Of a DNA stretch of 64,000 nt, positions 33,437 to 43,226 are shown one piece after another. The position numbers and the translations under genes were made by a program. The notes under the pieces are model-generated. The model was given only the letters and a program-made list of their open reading frames with translations, did no database searches and had not been told where the DNA came from. The stretch's first letter is position 1, and every line of letters starts with the position of its first letter. The DNA comes from an uncultured Candidatus Saccharibacteria bacterium (GTDB lineage: Bacteria > Patescibacteriota > Doudnabacteria > UBA920): positions 6,074 through 70,073 of the forward strand of contig CAZTCH010000001.1 in NCBI GenBank assembly GCA_964612745.1. The letters run 5' to 3'.

Positions 33437-35710
33437 ATGAAATTGAAAAGTTTTATTTTGACTGTATTGGCGTTTGTAAGAGCATTTTTTCTGCGTATTG
33501 TCGCAGGGTGTTTCTTGCTCGCGGGCGTGCTGCTCGTTTGGTTCCTGTTTAGCTTTGTGCCTAAGTACAATGCAGCAGGAGAAATTTTGCGGAACAAAGA
33601 CATTAACGACTTGTTCGAAATGAACAGTGTTGTTGGCGTCTTTGACCGTGACGGAAAATTGCTCGCTACGCTTGGTGAGCAAAAACCCAAGCTATATCCA
33701 CTCGCTCAGCTTGACCCACGCTTTGTAAAAGGCGTGCAAGCCGTGGAAGACCGTCGCTACTATGCGTGGTGGCGGAAATATATTCCCATCGATCCCTTAG
33801 GGACGTTGCGGGCGATAAAAATTAATATTGGTGTTTTGGTGAAAACCATAATACTACGTCAAAAACCGAAAGAGAACATTGCGGGTGGGAGTACTATTTT
33901 GCAAATGTTTTCTCGTACCGTGTTTCCAGAAGTAGGACATGGGCGCACATTGGAGCGTAAGCTGTGGGAGCTGGCATTTAGTTACCAGCTTTCTAGTCGC
34001 TATACCCAAGACGATTTGTTGGCAGCGTTTATTTGCAGAGCGAATTTTGGCTCAGTCAACGGCGTTCCGTTGTATGGAGTAGAGCAAGCTGCCAGTGGCT
34101 ACTACCAAAAGAAAGTTGAAGAACTTTCTTTGGATGAAGTGGCCACACTCGTAGGCGTGCTCAATGCCAACACAGCGTATAACCCAGTTCTAAATCCTAC
34201 CACAAGCCAAAAACGAAGAAATATCGTTTTAAGCATGTGGGAAGATCAAAGGCTGATTACTGCAGTTGAACGAAAAGAGTTAGCTGCTAAACCAATTGTA
34301 ACAAATCCCAAAAAAGCAGGAAGTAAGTACGGTGAGTTCACACAAGCCGTGAAGACTTCCCTTAGTGAGTGGCAAGAGATACGCGCAGAGCTAATGGCGA
34401 ACGGCGTTGTCCTGCCGCCGGATGAACTGTTGCGAATTGAAACAACACTCCACGACGGCATGCAAGACCTTTGGGTCCGGTCATTCCGTTTGGGGCTTTC
34501 CCAGTTGCCGAACAATTTGAAAGCAGCTGGTGGGGTGATGGATTGGCGAACGGGTGAAGTGCTCAGTGTGTATGGCGGTGGAGATTTCTTCAACCGTTTT
34601 ACAGAAGCGACACGACAGCCCGGTTCGGTGTTCAAGCTTTTTGTCTACGCCCTTGCACTTGCAGAGGGCAAAATTGCTCCAGATTCAATATTTATGGACG
34701 AGCCTCGTTCATTTCAATATGAAAATGGAACACGCGAGTACTCACCTGGAAATTACAAAGACGAGTACACAAACGCACCCATAACTGCAGCAGAAGCGCT
34801 GGCGAAATCAAAAAACGTCATTGCGATAGAAGTTGCAGAAAGAGTAGGGTATGACCGCGTGGTCAATTTTGCTCGCGACCTTGGTCTAGAGCTGGTTGCT
34901 GACGGTAAGGGTAACCTTATGCCAACTCCAGCAATTGCATTAGGCGTGTACGAAACAACCATACCGCAGTTGATGAGTGCCCTGTCTGTTTTTGCGAACG
35001 GGGGCAAGCAGGTAACACCGCGCTACATCAAATCTGTGTCAGGGCTCAATGGTCAAGTTTATTACACAATGGATGTTGAATCTGTTGAACGTATTAACTC
35101 TACTGTTGCGGCTGCTGTCACAGCAATGATGGTTGCGTGTGCCGATCACGGTACTGGCAAGGGCATCTTCTCTGGGTTAATAGCTCTCAAAACTGGTTCG
35201 TCACGAGACGGCTGGTTGGTGGGCTTTACTCCAGGTGGTCTCCTGTTTGTTGTGTATGTGGGGTATGACAACCCCACTGGACAAAAAACGAATCAGATTA
35301 CCGGTGCGGGCACTGCGGGTAAAGTCGTTGGGCCATTCTTGGCAGAGGCATCTGCAATGAAAGACCCTTTCGTGCAGGCGCTATTTGCTGGGTCGTTTCC
35401 AGTTTCAAATTGGAATGGTGTAGTGGTGGCTGGTTCGCCAGCTTCTTCTCCATCGACCCCTGCAAGCCCATGTGCTGTCTGGAGTGACTGTCTCAAACAG
35501 GCACCTCAATCAGTTGGGTCTCCTCAGGCTAACCCATCACCCATTGCGTCTCCCATGCCAAGCCCAGCTCGGACATGGCGGGACTACAAGCAGGCTGTGC
35601 CAAAGCCGACACAAGTGCCGCAAACAAACAAAAAGCCGATGACTGCTCCAGCCCCTGCTCAAGCGGGGCCGTGCAGTAACTGGCGGGATTGTAAGAGGCA
35701 GTCTCAGTAA
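33437..35710 (+). CDS. class A penicillin-binding protein (bifunctional glycosyltransferase/transpeptidase, PBP1)
   Basis: GT51 motifs (EDRRYY, GGSTILQ) and transpeptidase SVFK, SPGN-like and KTGS motifs. N-terminal TM and a Pro/Ser-rich C-terminal tail. Confidence 0.85.
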   Translation: MKLKSFILTVLAFVRAFFLRIVAGCFLLAGVLLVWFLFSFVPKYNAAGEILRNKDINDLFEMNSVVGVFDRDGKLLATLGEQKPKLYPLAQLDPRFVKGVQAVEDRRYYAWWRKYIPIDPLGTLRAIKINIGVLVKTIILRQKPKENIAGGSTILQMFSRTVFPEVGHGRTLERKLWELAFSYQLSSRYTQDDLLAAFICRANFGSVNGVPLYGVEQAASGYYQKKVEELSLDEVATLVGVLNANTAYNPVLNPTTSQKRRNIVLSMWEDQRLITAVERKELAAKPIVTNPKKAGSKYGEFTQAVKTSLSEWQEIRAELMANGVVLPPDELLRIETTLHDGMQDLWVRSFRLGLSQLPNNLKAAGGVMDWRTGEVLSVYGGGDFFNRFTEATRQPGSVFKLFVYALALAEGKIAPDSIFMDEPRSFQYENGTREYSPGNYKDEYTNAPITAAEALAKSKNVIAIEVAERVGYDRVVNFARDLGLELVADGKGNLMPTPAIALGVYETTIPQLMSALSVFANGGKQVTPRYIKSVSGLNGQVYYTMDVESVERINSTVAAAVTAMMVACADHGTGKGIFSGLIALKTGSSRDGWLVGFTPGGLLFVVYVGYDNPTGQKTNQITGAGTAGKVVGPFLAEASAMKDPFVQALFAGSFPVSNWNGVVVAGSPASSPSTPASPCAVWSDCLKQAPQSVGSPQANPSPIASPMPSPARTWRDYKQAVPKPTQVPQTNKKPMTAPAPAQAGPCSNWRDCKRQSQ

Positions 35711-35728
35711 TAAACTTTTCATTCTTGA

Positions 35729-35771
35729 AGACAGCGTGCGTACACTTGTGTACAAACGCTGTCTTTTTTTA
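35729..35771 (+). terminator. hairpin terminator AGACAGCG...CGCTGTCT + T7 after PBP gene
   Basis: Perfect 8-bp stem and U-run. The ORF-track start (35736) of the next gene lies inside it. Confidence 0.65.
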
Positions 35772-35813
35772 TTGTGCGGTATACTTATGTATATACATTT
35801 AGAAACGTATTCC

Positions 35814-36764
35814 ATGGGAGAACGAGCACAACATTTTGAAGCTAGGAATAACACACCAGAAAGTCAGAAATCTACACGTCGAGAGTTTTTAAAACTGTCT
35901 GGCGAAGCTGCGATTGCTGGGCTTGCTGCTAAAACATTGTTTTTCGGTGGGAGTAAGGTAGAGGGCGCGGTGGCGCAAGAGAGGGGTAGGGTACGACAGC
36001 GACCAGACGAGCAAGAAACACATACTGCCCAGTCTCGTGAAATACAGCAAGGACCAGAGCGAAAATTTAGACCAGTGCATTTTCCAGCAGAAGTCCGTGG
36101 GGTGTCGAGAGAGGCAGATGGGGCACTGACTGCTGAGTTACAGACACTATTGCAGATGGAGCTCTTCCGACTACGGCGTGAGCTTAAACAAGATCTCTCA
36201 CCATGTATTCTTACTGTTGGTGAATTGGTAACGAAAGAGAGTCAGTCGCGTCTTGGTACGGGTCTGGCAAACGAAGCAGATAGGCAAATAGCGCAAGCAC
36301 CTGTCAACGTTCCTTCGCTAGGGAATGGTAGGATAGCGCAGGCGGCAGGGCAGGCTTTGGACTCGATGCTTCGTTGGGGTAGAAGAAAAGCAGAAGCTAA
36401 AACTAGAGAAAAACTTGCACCGGTAGAAGGGCGGGCCGAGTTGTCATTTACTATGCACGCAGGGACAGAAACCCAGACAGGGCGTGTTACTTTGAAGTAC
36501 GAAAAAGTAGAAGGAAAAGTGGTGCCGAAAAATATTGTTTTGGGTTCTGGTGTAGAACTTCCTGTGCACAACGCTACACAAATTTCTGGGCAAAACATAG
36601 CAGAGATGAAGTCGTTTGTTGCACACGAGCTACTAGAGGCTGCGTTTAGTGTGGCAGGACCAGATGCAGAACAGTTTCCTGTAGCAACAATGGTGCGACG
36701 ATATGTGAAAGAGGCGAGTGTAGAGACCGGCGGACAGAGTAAGACGGTACGACCGAAAAGGTAG
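35814..36764 (+). CDS. Tat-signal (twin-arginine) secreted hypothetical protein
   Basis: STRREFLKLSGEAAIAGLAA twin-arginine motif. The start at M27 of the ORF-track ORF is preferred. Confidence 0.5.
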   Translation: MGERAQHFEARNNTPESQKSTRREFLKLSGEAAIAGLAAKTLFFGGSKVEGAVAQERGRVRQRPDEQETHTAQSREIQQGPERKFRPVHFPAEVRGVSREADGALTAELQTLLQMELFRLRRELKQDLSPCILTVGELVTKESQSRLGTGLANEADRQIAQAPVNVPSLGNGRIAQAAGQALDSMLRWGRRKAEAKTREKLAPVEGRAELSFTMHAGTETQTGRVTLKYEKVEGKVVPKNIVLGSGVELPVHNATQISGQNIAEMKSFVAHELLEAAFSVAGPDAEQFPVATMVRRYVKEASVETGGQSKTVRPKR

Positions 36765-36790
36765 AAAAGTAATTAGTCACTAGTCAAGTC

Positions 36791-36830
36791 AAAAGGGTAA
36801 CCCTTGCGCTGCGCAAAGGTTACCCTTTTG
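36791..36830 (+). terminator. hairpin terminator aaaagggtaaccc-ttgcgctgcgcaa-aggttacccttttg (family shared with 5852-5893)
   Basis: 13-bp arms. Confidence 0.6.
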
Positions 36831-36874
36831 TCTGGTGCTTCTATTTTAGATTTGGAATTACGGATTATGCATTG

Positions 36875-37010
36875 CGTATTACGTATTTCAGATTTTGGAT
36901 TTCGTATTTTGAAAAGCTAACAGCTAGAAAGCTTGAAAGCTAAAAAGCTCTGTCTACTCTCTACTCTCTACTCTCTATTCTCTACCCTCTGTCCTCTCTA
37001 CCTGTGTGTG
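36875..37010. repeat. modular low-complexity intergenic repeat (AGCT-block + CTCTACTCTCTATTCTCTACCCTCT block)
   Basis: gaaaagctaacagctagaaagcttgaaagctaaaaagctc is the reverse complement of 2338-2385. ctctactctctattctctaccctct matches 2412-2440. Confidence 0.75.
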
Positions 37011-37149
37011 GATAAACCGTCTGGTCCGAAATTTGCCCCATGGTATAGTAATGGTAGGTGCGGCGACAGAGTGAGTCGTGCTGTATAACAAAACTTTTTA
37101 AACAAACAAACCAAAAAGCATACGCGTGGTTTGTTTTATTTTTTTATAT

Positions 37150-38310
37150 ATGGATCAAGACCAATTACAAACGCTGATTTCTGAGGCGGAACGGCAAGGT
37201 GGAGGCTTGGTGCTTCGCGTAGGCGAAGCACCCCAAGCAGTAGTGTTGAGTGTCGCAGCGTATTCTGAATTGCTCTCTGGGAGAACTGGGCTTGTGCCAG
37301 AGTTAGAGCCGCAAGACGGAGTAGTGACTGAATCACGGGTGACGCCTGCAAAAACTATTTTAGTAGTGGGTGGTGCGGGGTATATTGGAAGTGTACTTGT
37401 GCGAGAACTATTGGCTGCTGGGGTGCGTGTGGTTGTGTTAGACAATCTTTCTTCGGGAGCGCGTGAGCAGGTGCCTGCAGGTGTGGTGTTTATTGTGGGA
37501 GACTTTGGTGATGCGGCGCTCTTGCGAGATGTATTTGCAGAATATACAGTGAGCGCAGTGGTGCATGTTGCAAGCGTTCATGGCGATGCGGAGAATGCAG
37601 TGGTAGCTCAGGAGCTGCTGCGGAATTCTACGCAGGCACTCTACACGCTTACTACCATCATGGCTGAAAACAGTATTACAGATTTAGTTTTTACATCCGA
37701 TGCGCTTCTTACCTTGCTTGGCCAGTTACAACCGGTAGTGAGCAACACACACGCCACACTACAACCACGTACCGAGACAGCATTGCTCGCAGAGTCTGTG
37801 CTTCGCTATGCAAGTAATTTTTTAGGGTTGCGAACAGTTGTGATGCGTCTTGGTACTGTTGCAGGGGCCATGCCCGAAAGTGGTGTGTACGGAACTTTTC
37901 ACCGACATGGATTTTTAGCTCAGGTGTTGCGGGTTGCCCGCGGGGTTGGTTCGTCTGTAGTAATTCCTGGGGGTGACTGGAATACTAACGATGGTACATA
38001 TGTTCGTGACTATGTGTTTGTGGGAGATGTTGCAAAAGCTGTAGCCGCAGTGGTGCATGCGCCATTTCACGCAGGCATGCAAGTGTACGCGTTTGGGAGT
38101 GGCAAGGGAGTAAGTATTCGCGAACTTATTCAAGCGGCAGCAGAGTCGACAAGTCGAATGATTCCAATGGAACTTGGGCCACGAAATGAACAAGATGTTG
38201 AAAGGATTGTAGTGGATGCAAGCGAGTTTATGAAAACATATGAATTTGCTTGTACCCCAAAGAGTATTCACGAACTTATTGCATCTGAATGGGTCGCTCC
38301 CACGGTGTAG
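37150..38310 (+). CDS. fusion protein: Phd/YefM-like antitoxin-type N-terminal domain + GalE-like NAD(P)-binding SDR domain lacking catalytic Tyr/Lys
   Basis: N-terminus QTLISEAERQGGGLVLRVGEAPQAVVLSVAAYSELL fits the Phd/YefM fold pattern. Rossmann ILVVGGAGYIGSVLVRELLAAGVRVVVLDNLSSG is GalE-like. The expected S-x-YGxSK region reads TSDALL...QPRTETALLAE (Tyr and Lys absent). ATG at 37150 directly follows TTATAT (leaderless). Confidence 0.6.
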   Translation: MDQDQLQTLISEAERQGGGLVLRVGEAPQAVVLSVAAYSELLSGRTGLVPELEPQDGVVTESRVTPAKTILVVGGAGYIGSVLVRELLAAGVRVVVLDNLSSGAREQVPAGVVFIVGDFGDAALLRDVFAEYTVSAVVHVASVHGDAENAVVAQELLRNSTQALYTLTTIMAENSITDLVFTSDALLTLLGQLQPVVSNTHATLQPRTETALLAESVLRYASNFLGLRTVVMRLGTVAGAMPESGVYGTFHRHGFLAQVLRVARGVGSSVVIPGGDWNTNDGTYVRDYVFVGDVAKAVAAVVHAPFHAGMQVYAFGSGKGVSIRELIQAAAESTSRMIPMELGPRNEQDVERIVVDASEFMKTYEFACTPKSIHELIASEWVAPTV

Positions 38311-38361
38311 CTTTTTTCTTAGGGAATATGCTACCATGTAGGTATATTATTGATATTTTTT

Positions 38362-39081
38362 ATGCAAAAGCTTTCTGTGGTAATCCCTTCGTATAGCGAA
38401 GCGGCTCGTATTACTCCAACAATAAAAGAGACAGACGCCTTTTTGTCTGCGCAAGGATATGACTATGAAATTTTAGTCGTCATCGATGGTGCGAAAGACA
38501 ACACTGCGGCAGTGGTGACTGAACTACAAGCGTCTGTACCGAAACTTCGTGTGATTAACAACCCAGAAAATCATGGGAAAGGGTATGTCGTGCGCCAAGG
38601 GATGTTGGAAGCAACTGGCGATATCCGGTTGTTTATGGACGCGGATAACTCCACAAAGGTAGTGCATATTGCAGAGTTTTTGCCATTCTTCGAACAGGGG
38701 AGTGATATTGTTGTTGGTTCACGTCGTATTGCCGGTGCAAATATAGCAGTCCACCAAGGTTTGTTGCGAGATTTCCTCGGCGGTGTGTTTCGGTTTATTG
38801 TCCACACAATTGTGCCACTTGGGGTGACCGATTCGCAGTGTGGGTTTAAAGCGTTTACCGCTGCAGCTGCAGAAAAAGTATTTCCGAAACAAACTATTGA
38901 CCGTTGGGCATTTGACGTAGAAATTTTGGCTATTGCTCGAAAGATGAAGCTGACTATTCACGAAGCTCCAGTGGTGTGGGTCAACGACGGTGCGAGCACC
39001 GTGCGTTTCTCTGGCATGGTTCACATGCTGCTTGAAATCTTGGAAGTCCGCTGGAATTTGTGGACGGGGAAGTACAGATAG
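38362..39081 (+). CDS. family 2 glycosyltransferase (polyprenol-phosphate sugar transferase, Dpm1/GtrB-like)
   Basis: VVIPSYSEAARI, DGAKDNT and MDADNS (DxD) motifs. The ATG is 6 nt after GATATT. Confidence 0.8.
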   Translation: MQKLSVVIPSYSEAARITPTIKETDAFLSAQGYDYEILVVIDGAKDNTAAVVTELQASVPKLRVINNPENHGKGYVVRQGMLEATGDIRLFMDADNSTKVVHIAEFLPFFEQGSDIVVGSRRIAGANIAVHQGLLRDFLGGVFRFIVHTIVPLGVTDSQCGFKAFTAAAAEKVFPKQTIDRWAFDVEILAIARKMKLTIHEAPVVWVNDGASTVRFSGMVHMLLEILEVRWNLWTGKYR

Positions 39082-39235
39082 GCGCAGACGAAAATCCGAA
39101 ATCCCAAACTCGAAATCCCAAAATACAAACAAATCTCAAACTCCAATTTTCAATTTTAGTTGGTCTTGGTTTTTGGGATTTAATTATTTGAAAATTGTTT
39201 GTATTTTGGTGCTTGTTTTTTGATATTTATTCAGT

Positions 39236-40849
39236 ATGTATAAGAAAATAATTAGTGGTATTTTTGTACTTGTTTCGGCGTTGATTACAGCACAGCCTGC
39301 TACTGCTGCTGGTTTTTCTGTTGCGCTCGATGCGACTGATCCGGGGTTTACGAGTAATCCACAAAACGTAGATAAGCAGTGGGCGCTGTCCAAAACGCGA
39401 TTTATTGATGCGTGGAACAAGACCACAGGGAGCAAGCTCGTAAAAGTAGCACTCATAGATACTGGTGTAGACCAAACCCACGAAGATTTGCGTGAGGTGT
39501 CGTTTCTGAGCGGTTATGACTTTGTGAAAAACCGACCAATCGAAGTAGGGAGTGATTCGGATGACAACGGCCATGGGACACTGATTGCTGGTGTGCTTGC
39601 TGCGACTCCCAATAACGGGTTGGGCATTGCAGGGACAAACTGGAAGCTGACTCTGTTGCCTGTAAAAGCGCTCGACGCCACTGGGGATGGAAGCTCAGAA
39701 CAAATTGCAAAAGCAATCCGTTGGGCGACTGATCAAGGCGCAGATATTATTAACTTAAGCCTTGGGGGTGTAGGCTTTGGGCAAGATACTGACTTGGCGG
39801 ACGCAGTCACCTACGCTTTTAAACGGAATGTTGTTTTAGTTGCCGCTGCCGGTAACGACGCAGCAGCAGTAGGGAAAGATTTAGATGTAGAGCCTGTATT
39901 CCCCATTTGTGATGATAACGGTGAAAACATGGTTATTGGGGTTACTGCGGTAGACGTGGATGACACAAAGCCTGGGTTTGCTAACTATGGCAAGTCTTGT
40001 GTGGATGTTGCGGCACCGGGGAAACGGATTCTTTCGACAATCGGTCGCGACCCAATTACAGGGATTATCTCACCAAGCTCGTATGCATATGCTTCAGGGA
40101 CTTCGCTTGCAACACCTTTTGTGAGTGGGCATGCAGCGCTTTTGCGTGCGGTGTACCCCGACGCTACCAACAGACAAATTCGTGATCGCATTATTGCGTC
40201 CACCGATCCGATAGATATGAAAAATACTACCCAGTGCAACGGATCATGTGCTGGTAAACTTGGTTCGGGCAGGATTAATGTGGTCGCAAGTTTTGCTGGT
40301 CCAATTGTACCCGAAGCTTTGGTAGAAGGAGACGTGGTACGAGTGAACGAGACTGGTGTGCTCTATGTGATAAGTGGTGGAAAGCGGTTGCCTCTGAGCG
40401 CGTTTGTGCATCAGCAAAAGTATAAAGGTGTTGTGCCGCGAAAAGTGAACTTGTCTTTGGTGCAAGCATTTCCCGAAGGGCAATTTGCTCCACCAGCAGA
40501 CGGAGCGTTACTTAAGAAAGCCAACGAGCCTACTGTCTATATGGTATCGAATGGTCTGAAAATGCCAATTTTGTATTCTGTGTTTGTGGCGCATGGGTTT
40601 CGGTTCGACCGAGTGTCTACCGTGCCGGAAGCGGAAGTGGATTCGTTGTTAACCGGTAAGTTACTCGCACCACCGGATGGGACACTGGTTCGCAGTCGGA
40701 CTGGACGTACAGTGTATTGGGTTGTTGGTGGTTCGCTTCACCCAATTACAGCTTCCTTTTATAGATCGCGTGGATTGAGTATTTTCCCTTTGTCGTACTT
40801 TAGTGAGCTCGATGTCCGTGGGTTTCCGAAAGGGGAGCCGTACTTGTAA
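39236..40849 (+). CDS. secreted subtilisin-like serine peptidase (S8) with C-terminal repeat domains
   Basis: Catalytic triad blocks VALIDTGVD, HGTLIAGVLAA and GTSLATPFVSGHAALL. Signal peptide. Two ~55-aa C-terminal repeats are shared with the next gene. Confidence 0.85.
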   Translation: MYKKIISGIFVLVSALITAQPATAAGFSVALDATDPGFTSNPQNVDKQWALSKTRFIDAWNKTTGSKLVKVALIDTGVDQTHEDLREVSFLSGYDFVKNRPIEVGSDSDDNGHGTLIAGVLAATPNNGLGIAGTNWKLTLLPVKALDATGDGSSEQIAKAIRWATDQGADIINLSLGGVGFGQDTDLADAVTYAFKRNVVLVAAAGNDAAAVGKDLDVEPVFPICDDNGENMVIGVTAVDVDDTKPGFANYGKSCVDVAAPGKRILSTIGRDPITGIISPSSYAYASGTSLATPFVSGHAALLRAVYPDATNRQIRDRIIASTDPIDMKNTTQCNGSCAGKLGSGRINVVASFAGPIVPEALVEGDVVRVNETGVLYVISGGKRLPLSAFVHQQKYKGVVPRKVNLSLVQAFPEGQFAPPADGALLKKANEPTVYMVSNGLKMPILYSVFVAHGFRFDRVSTVPEAEVDSLLTGKLLAPPDGTLVRSRTGRTVYWVVGGSLHPITASFYRSRGLSIFPLSYFSELDVRGFPKGEPYL

Positions 40850-40942
40850 TATTTTTCTGCTTAACCATGGCTAATGTGGTTTCGTATGGCCTACTTTTGC
40901 CAATCTCCTTGTATACTATGTATACAGGGAGATTTTTGTTCT

Positions 40943-42814
40943 ATGAAGAAACTTATTCAAACGAAACGAGGGGTAACAGTAGTAGTGCTCGCGGTGGTGT
41001 TGTCGCTGTTTGCGCCAGCCCAGCAGATTTCGGCACAGGCATTTGACCCGAGCTTTGACCCCAATACGCTTATTGCAGACAGTGTGTTTTCTGACACCGA
41101 GACATTTGGTGGGGCAGCAGGTGTCCAGAAATTTTTAGAGAGTAAAAATAGTGTGTTGGCGAATACATCGCCTGAGTTTTTGGTAAAACTAAAAGAGCCA
41201 CAATCAGTTACCGTGAAAAGCGGACTGAACGATCCACAGCCAAGTTTGCCGCGTTTGCGTTCTGCGGCAGAACTTATTTGGGACGCTGCCAAACAAAGTG
41301 GAATTAACCCACAAGTGCTTTTGGTAACATTGCAAAAAGAGCAAGGGTTAATTACTGCAAGGCAAAATGATCCACCAGAGAGATTGCAACGCGCCTTAGA
41401 TTTTTCTATGGGATTTGGGTGTCCTGATTCCACGGGGTGTGGGCCACTTTTCTCAGGTTTTTATTTCCAGTTGTTTGGTAATTTTGATGCAGCCAATAAC
41501 CGCTACTTAGGTGCAGCACGCAGCCTTATGGCGTGGTTCAACGTGCCAGAAGGACGTGGGCCGAACATAAATGGCAAGACTACTCGCGTGGGTGAAGTCA
41601 TAGAGCTACAAAATACACTTGGTGGTTTTGATGGCGTCATGGAGCGGCAAACAGTGATGTTGCAAAATCGAGCAACAGCAGCGTTGTATCGGTATACGCC
41701 CCATGTGTTTAACGGTAACTATAATTTCCAAAAATATTTTACGTCTTGGTTTAAGTACCCAAACGGGACGCTTATGAAGCTGTCTGGGGACTCAACCACG
41801 TATATTATCCAGAATGGTAGCAGGCTGACATTACCTTCGTTTGTGGCAGCTGCTCGGGGCCTAGACTTAAACAAAGTAATTACCGTGTCTCCGACAGAGG
41901 TGGCGAGTTATCCATTAAGCGGGTTGCTCGGTCCAGCTGATAACACGGTGGTTATAGTGCCAGGGTCAAACCAAAAGTTTGTGTTTTTGGATAACGTGAA
42001 ACGACCAGCATCTGACTTTGTTATTACCCAGCGGAAATTAAACCCTGCTGCAGCGCTGGTTATGACACCAGCAGACGATGCGTTGTTTACCGCAGGTCCT
42101 ATGCTCACGCCAACCGACGGTACGGTGGTACGTGGCAGCACAAAACCGGAAGTGTATCTAGTCGCCGCTGGCAAGCTCCAGCTGTATAGCGCGTTCACGT
42201 TTGCACAATATGGCGTTGCAAAACAAGTATCCCTTGTGCCAGATGCAGAACTAGAGTTGTACCCAAAAAATGGATTTGTTCCACCGAAAGATGGAACAAT
42301 ATTTAAAGCAGCCAATAGCCAAGCTGTATACGAAATGTTCCAAGGGTCAAAACATCCGTTTACAGCAGCCGTGTTCAAGAACAGGGGTGTGACGCCGAAG
42401 GGTGTAGCAGTACTGTCTGCTGATGAAGTTGCAAGTTTCCCGACTGATGGTTTTGCGAGACCAAAAGATAAGACATTCTTTACTATTGCGGGGAGCGCGC
42501 AGTTGTACTATTACCGTGAAGGGGCAAAGCGAACTATTTCCGCATTTGTCGCAAAGCAGCAAAAAATTACATCTGACTATACCTTTAGCGCGGATGAAGC
42601 AAACACATGGTCCGACGGCACACCTGTCCCTCCTCGAAACAATACTATTGTGAAAGGTGACGGGGATGCTACCGTGTACATTGTGTTAACAGGGCAGCTC
42701 CGCCCACTGACCTATCCTGCTTACCAAGCACGAAAAATTACTCCGAAGAAGATTTCGGTACTGCCACAAGCAGAGGTGGATGCATATGCGAAAGGCGACG
42801 TAGTTAGTAAGTAG
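40943..42814 (+). CDS. secreted hypothetical protein with six-plus ~55-aa repeats homologous to the S8 peptidase C-terminus
   Basis: Signal peptide after MKKLIQTKRG, with SD GGGAGA 10 nt upstream. The repeated motif pattern is (P)DGT.V...(T)..VY.V..G.(K)..(I/L).. Confidence 0.6.
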   Translation: MKKLIQTKRGVTVVVLAVVLSLFAPAQQISAQAFDPSFDPNTLIADSVFSDTETFGGAAGVQKFLESKNSVLANTSPEFLVKLKEPQSVTVKSGLNDPQPSLPRLRSAAELIWDAAKQSGINPQVLLVTLQKEQGLITARQNDPPERLQRALDFSMGFGCPDSTGCGPLFSGFYFQLFGNFDAANNRYLGAARSLMAWFNVPEGRGPNINGKTTRVGEVIELQNTLGGFDGVMERQTVMLQNRATAALYRYTPHVFNGNYNFQKYFTSWFKYPNGTLMKLSGDSTTYIIQNGSRLTLPSFVAAARGLDLNKVITVSPTEVASYPLSGLLGPADNTVVIVPGSNQKFVFLDNVKRPASDFVITQRKLNPAAALVMTPADDALFTAGPMLTPTDGTVVRGSTKPEVYLVAAGKLQLYSAFTFAQYGVAKQVSLVPDAELELYPKNGFVPPKDGTIFKAANSQAVYEMFQGSKHPFTAAVFKNRGVTPKGVAVLSADEVASFPTDGFARPKDKTFFTIAGSAQLYYYREGAKRTISAFVAKQQKITSDYTFSADEANTWSDGTPVPPRNNTIVKGDGDATVYIVLTGQLRPLTYPAYQARKITPKKISVLPQAEVDAYAKGDVVSK

Positions 42815-42821
42815 CCGCTAG

Positions 42822-42895
42822 GAAGCGAGAAGAAATAGAAGAGTTAGAAGAATAAGAAGAAATAGAAAATAGGAATTAGGGGGTAGGAAGATAGT
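42822..42895. repeat. modular low-complexity intergenic repeat copy (atagaagagttagaagaa + ggaattagggggtagg blocks)
   Basis: Matches 2225-2260 and 2385-2405. Confidence 0.7.
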
Positions 42896-42946
42896 AAGTC
42901 GAAAGTCGTCACGTCGTAATGTCTTCACGCCAGAAAAACGGTAGAG

Positions 42947-43045
42947 TTAGATGGGCACCATCTGACATGTAACTTTATATTTACTTATGTCGATGCGTCC
43001 TCAAACCGTATCTGTGGGCATAATGTCAGATGGTGCCCATCTAAC
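42947..43045. mobile_element. GATGGGCACCATCTG family, copy C: 22-nt inverted arms TTAGATGGGCACCATCTGACAT around 55-nt core (MITE-like)
   Basis: Arms are perfect reverse complements. The element lies between convergent genes. Confidence 0.6.
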
Positions 43046-43127
43046 GAAAAGCCATAGCATCTTCAAGCTAGATTAAGTGAAAGTCCAAACAAATACGAGT
43101 TTAACTAATAACTGTCTTAAAGCCCTA

Positions 43128-43168
43128 ATGCCAGAAAAAAATACAACCGCTAGCGGTTGTATTTTTGT
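43128..43168. terminator. bidirectional terminator AAAAATACAACCGC-tagc-GCGGTTGTATTTTT between convergent genes
   Basis: Perfect 14-bp arms with A/T runs on both sides. Confidence 0.65.
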
Positions 43169-43184
43169 TTAGCTATACTTTTTC

Positions 43185-43219
43185 TTAGCACTTAGCACTT
43201 AGCACTTAGCACTTAGCCC
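43185..43219. repeat. tandem heptamer repeat (cttagca)x~5
   Basis: cttagcacttagcacttagcacttagcacttagccc. Confidence 0.8.
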
Positions 43220-43226
43220 TGCTTTC

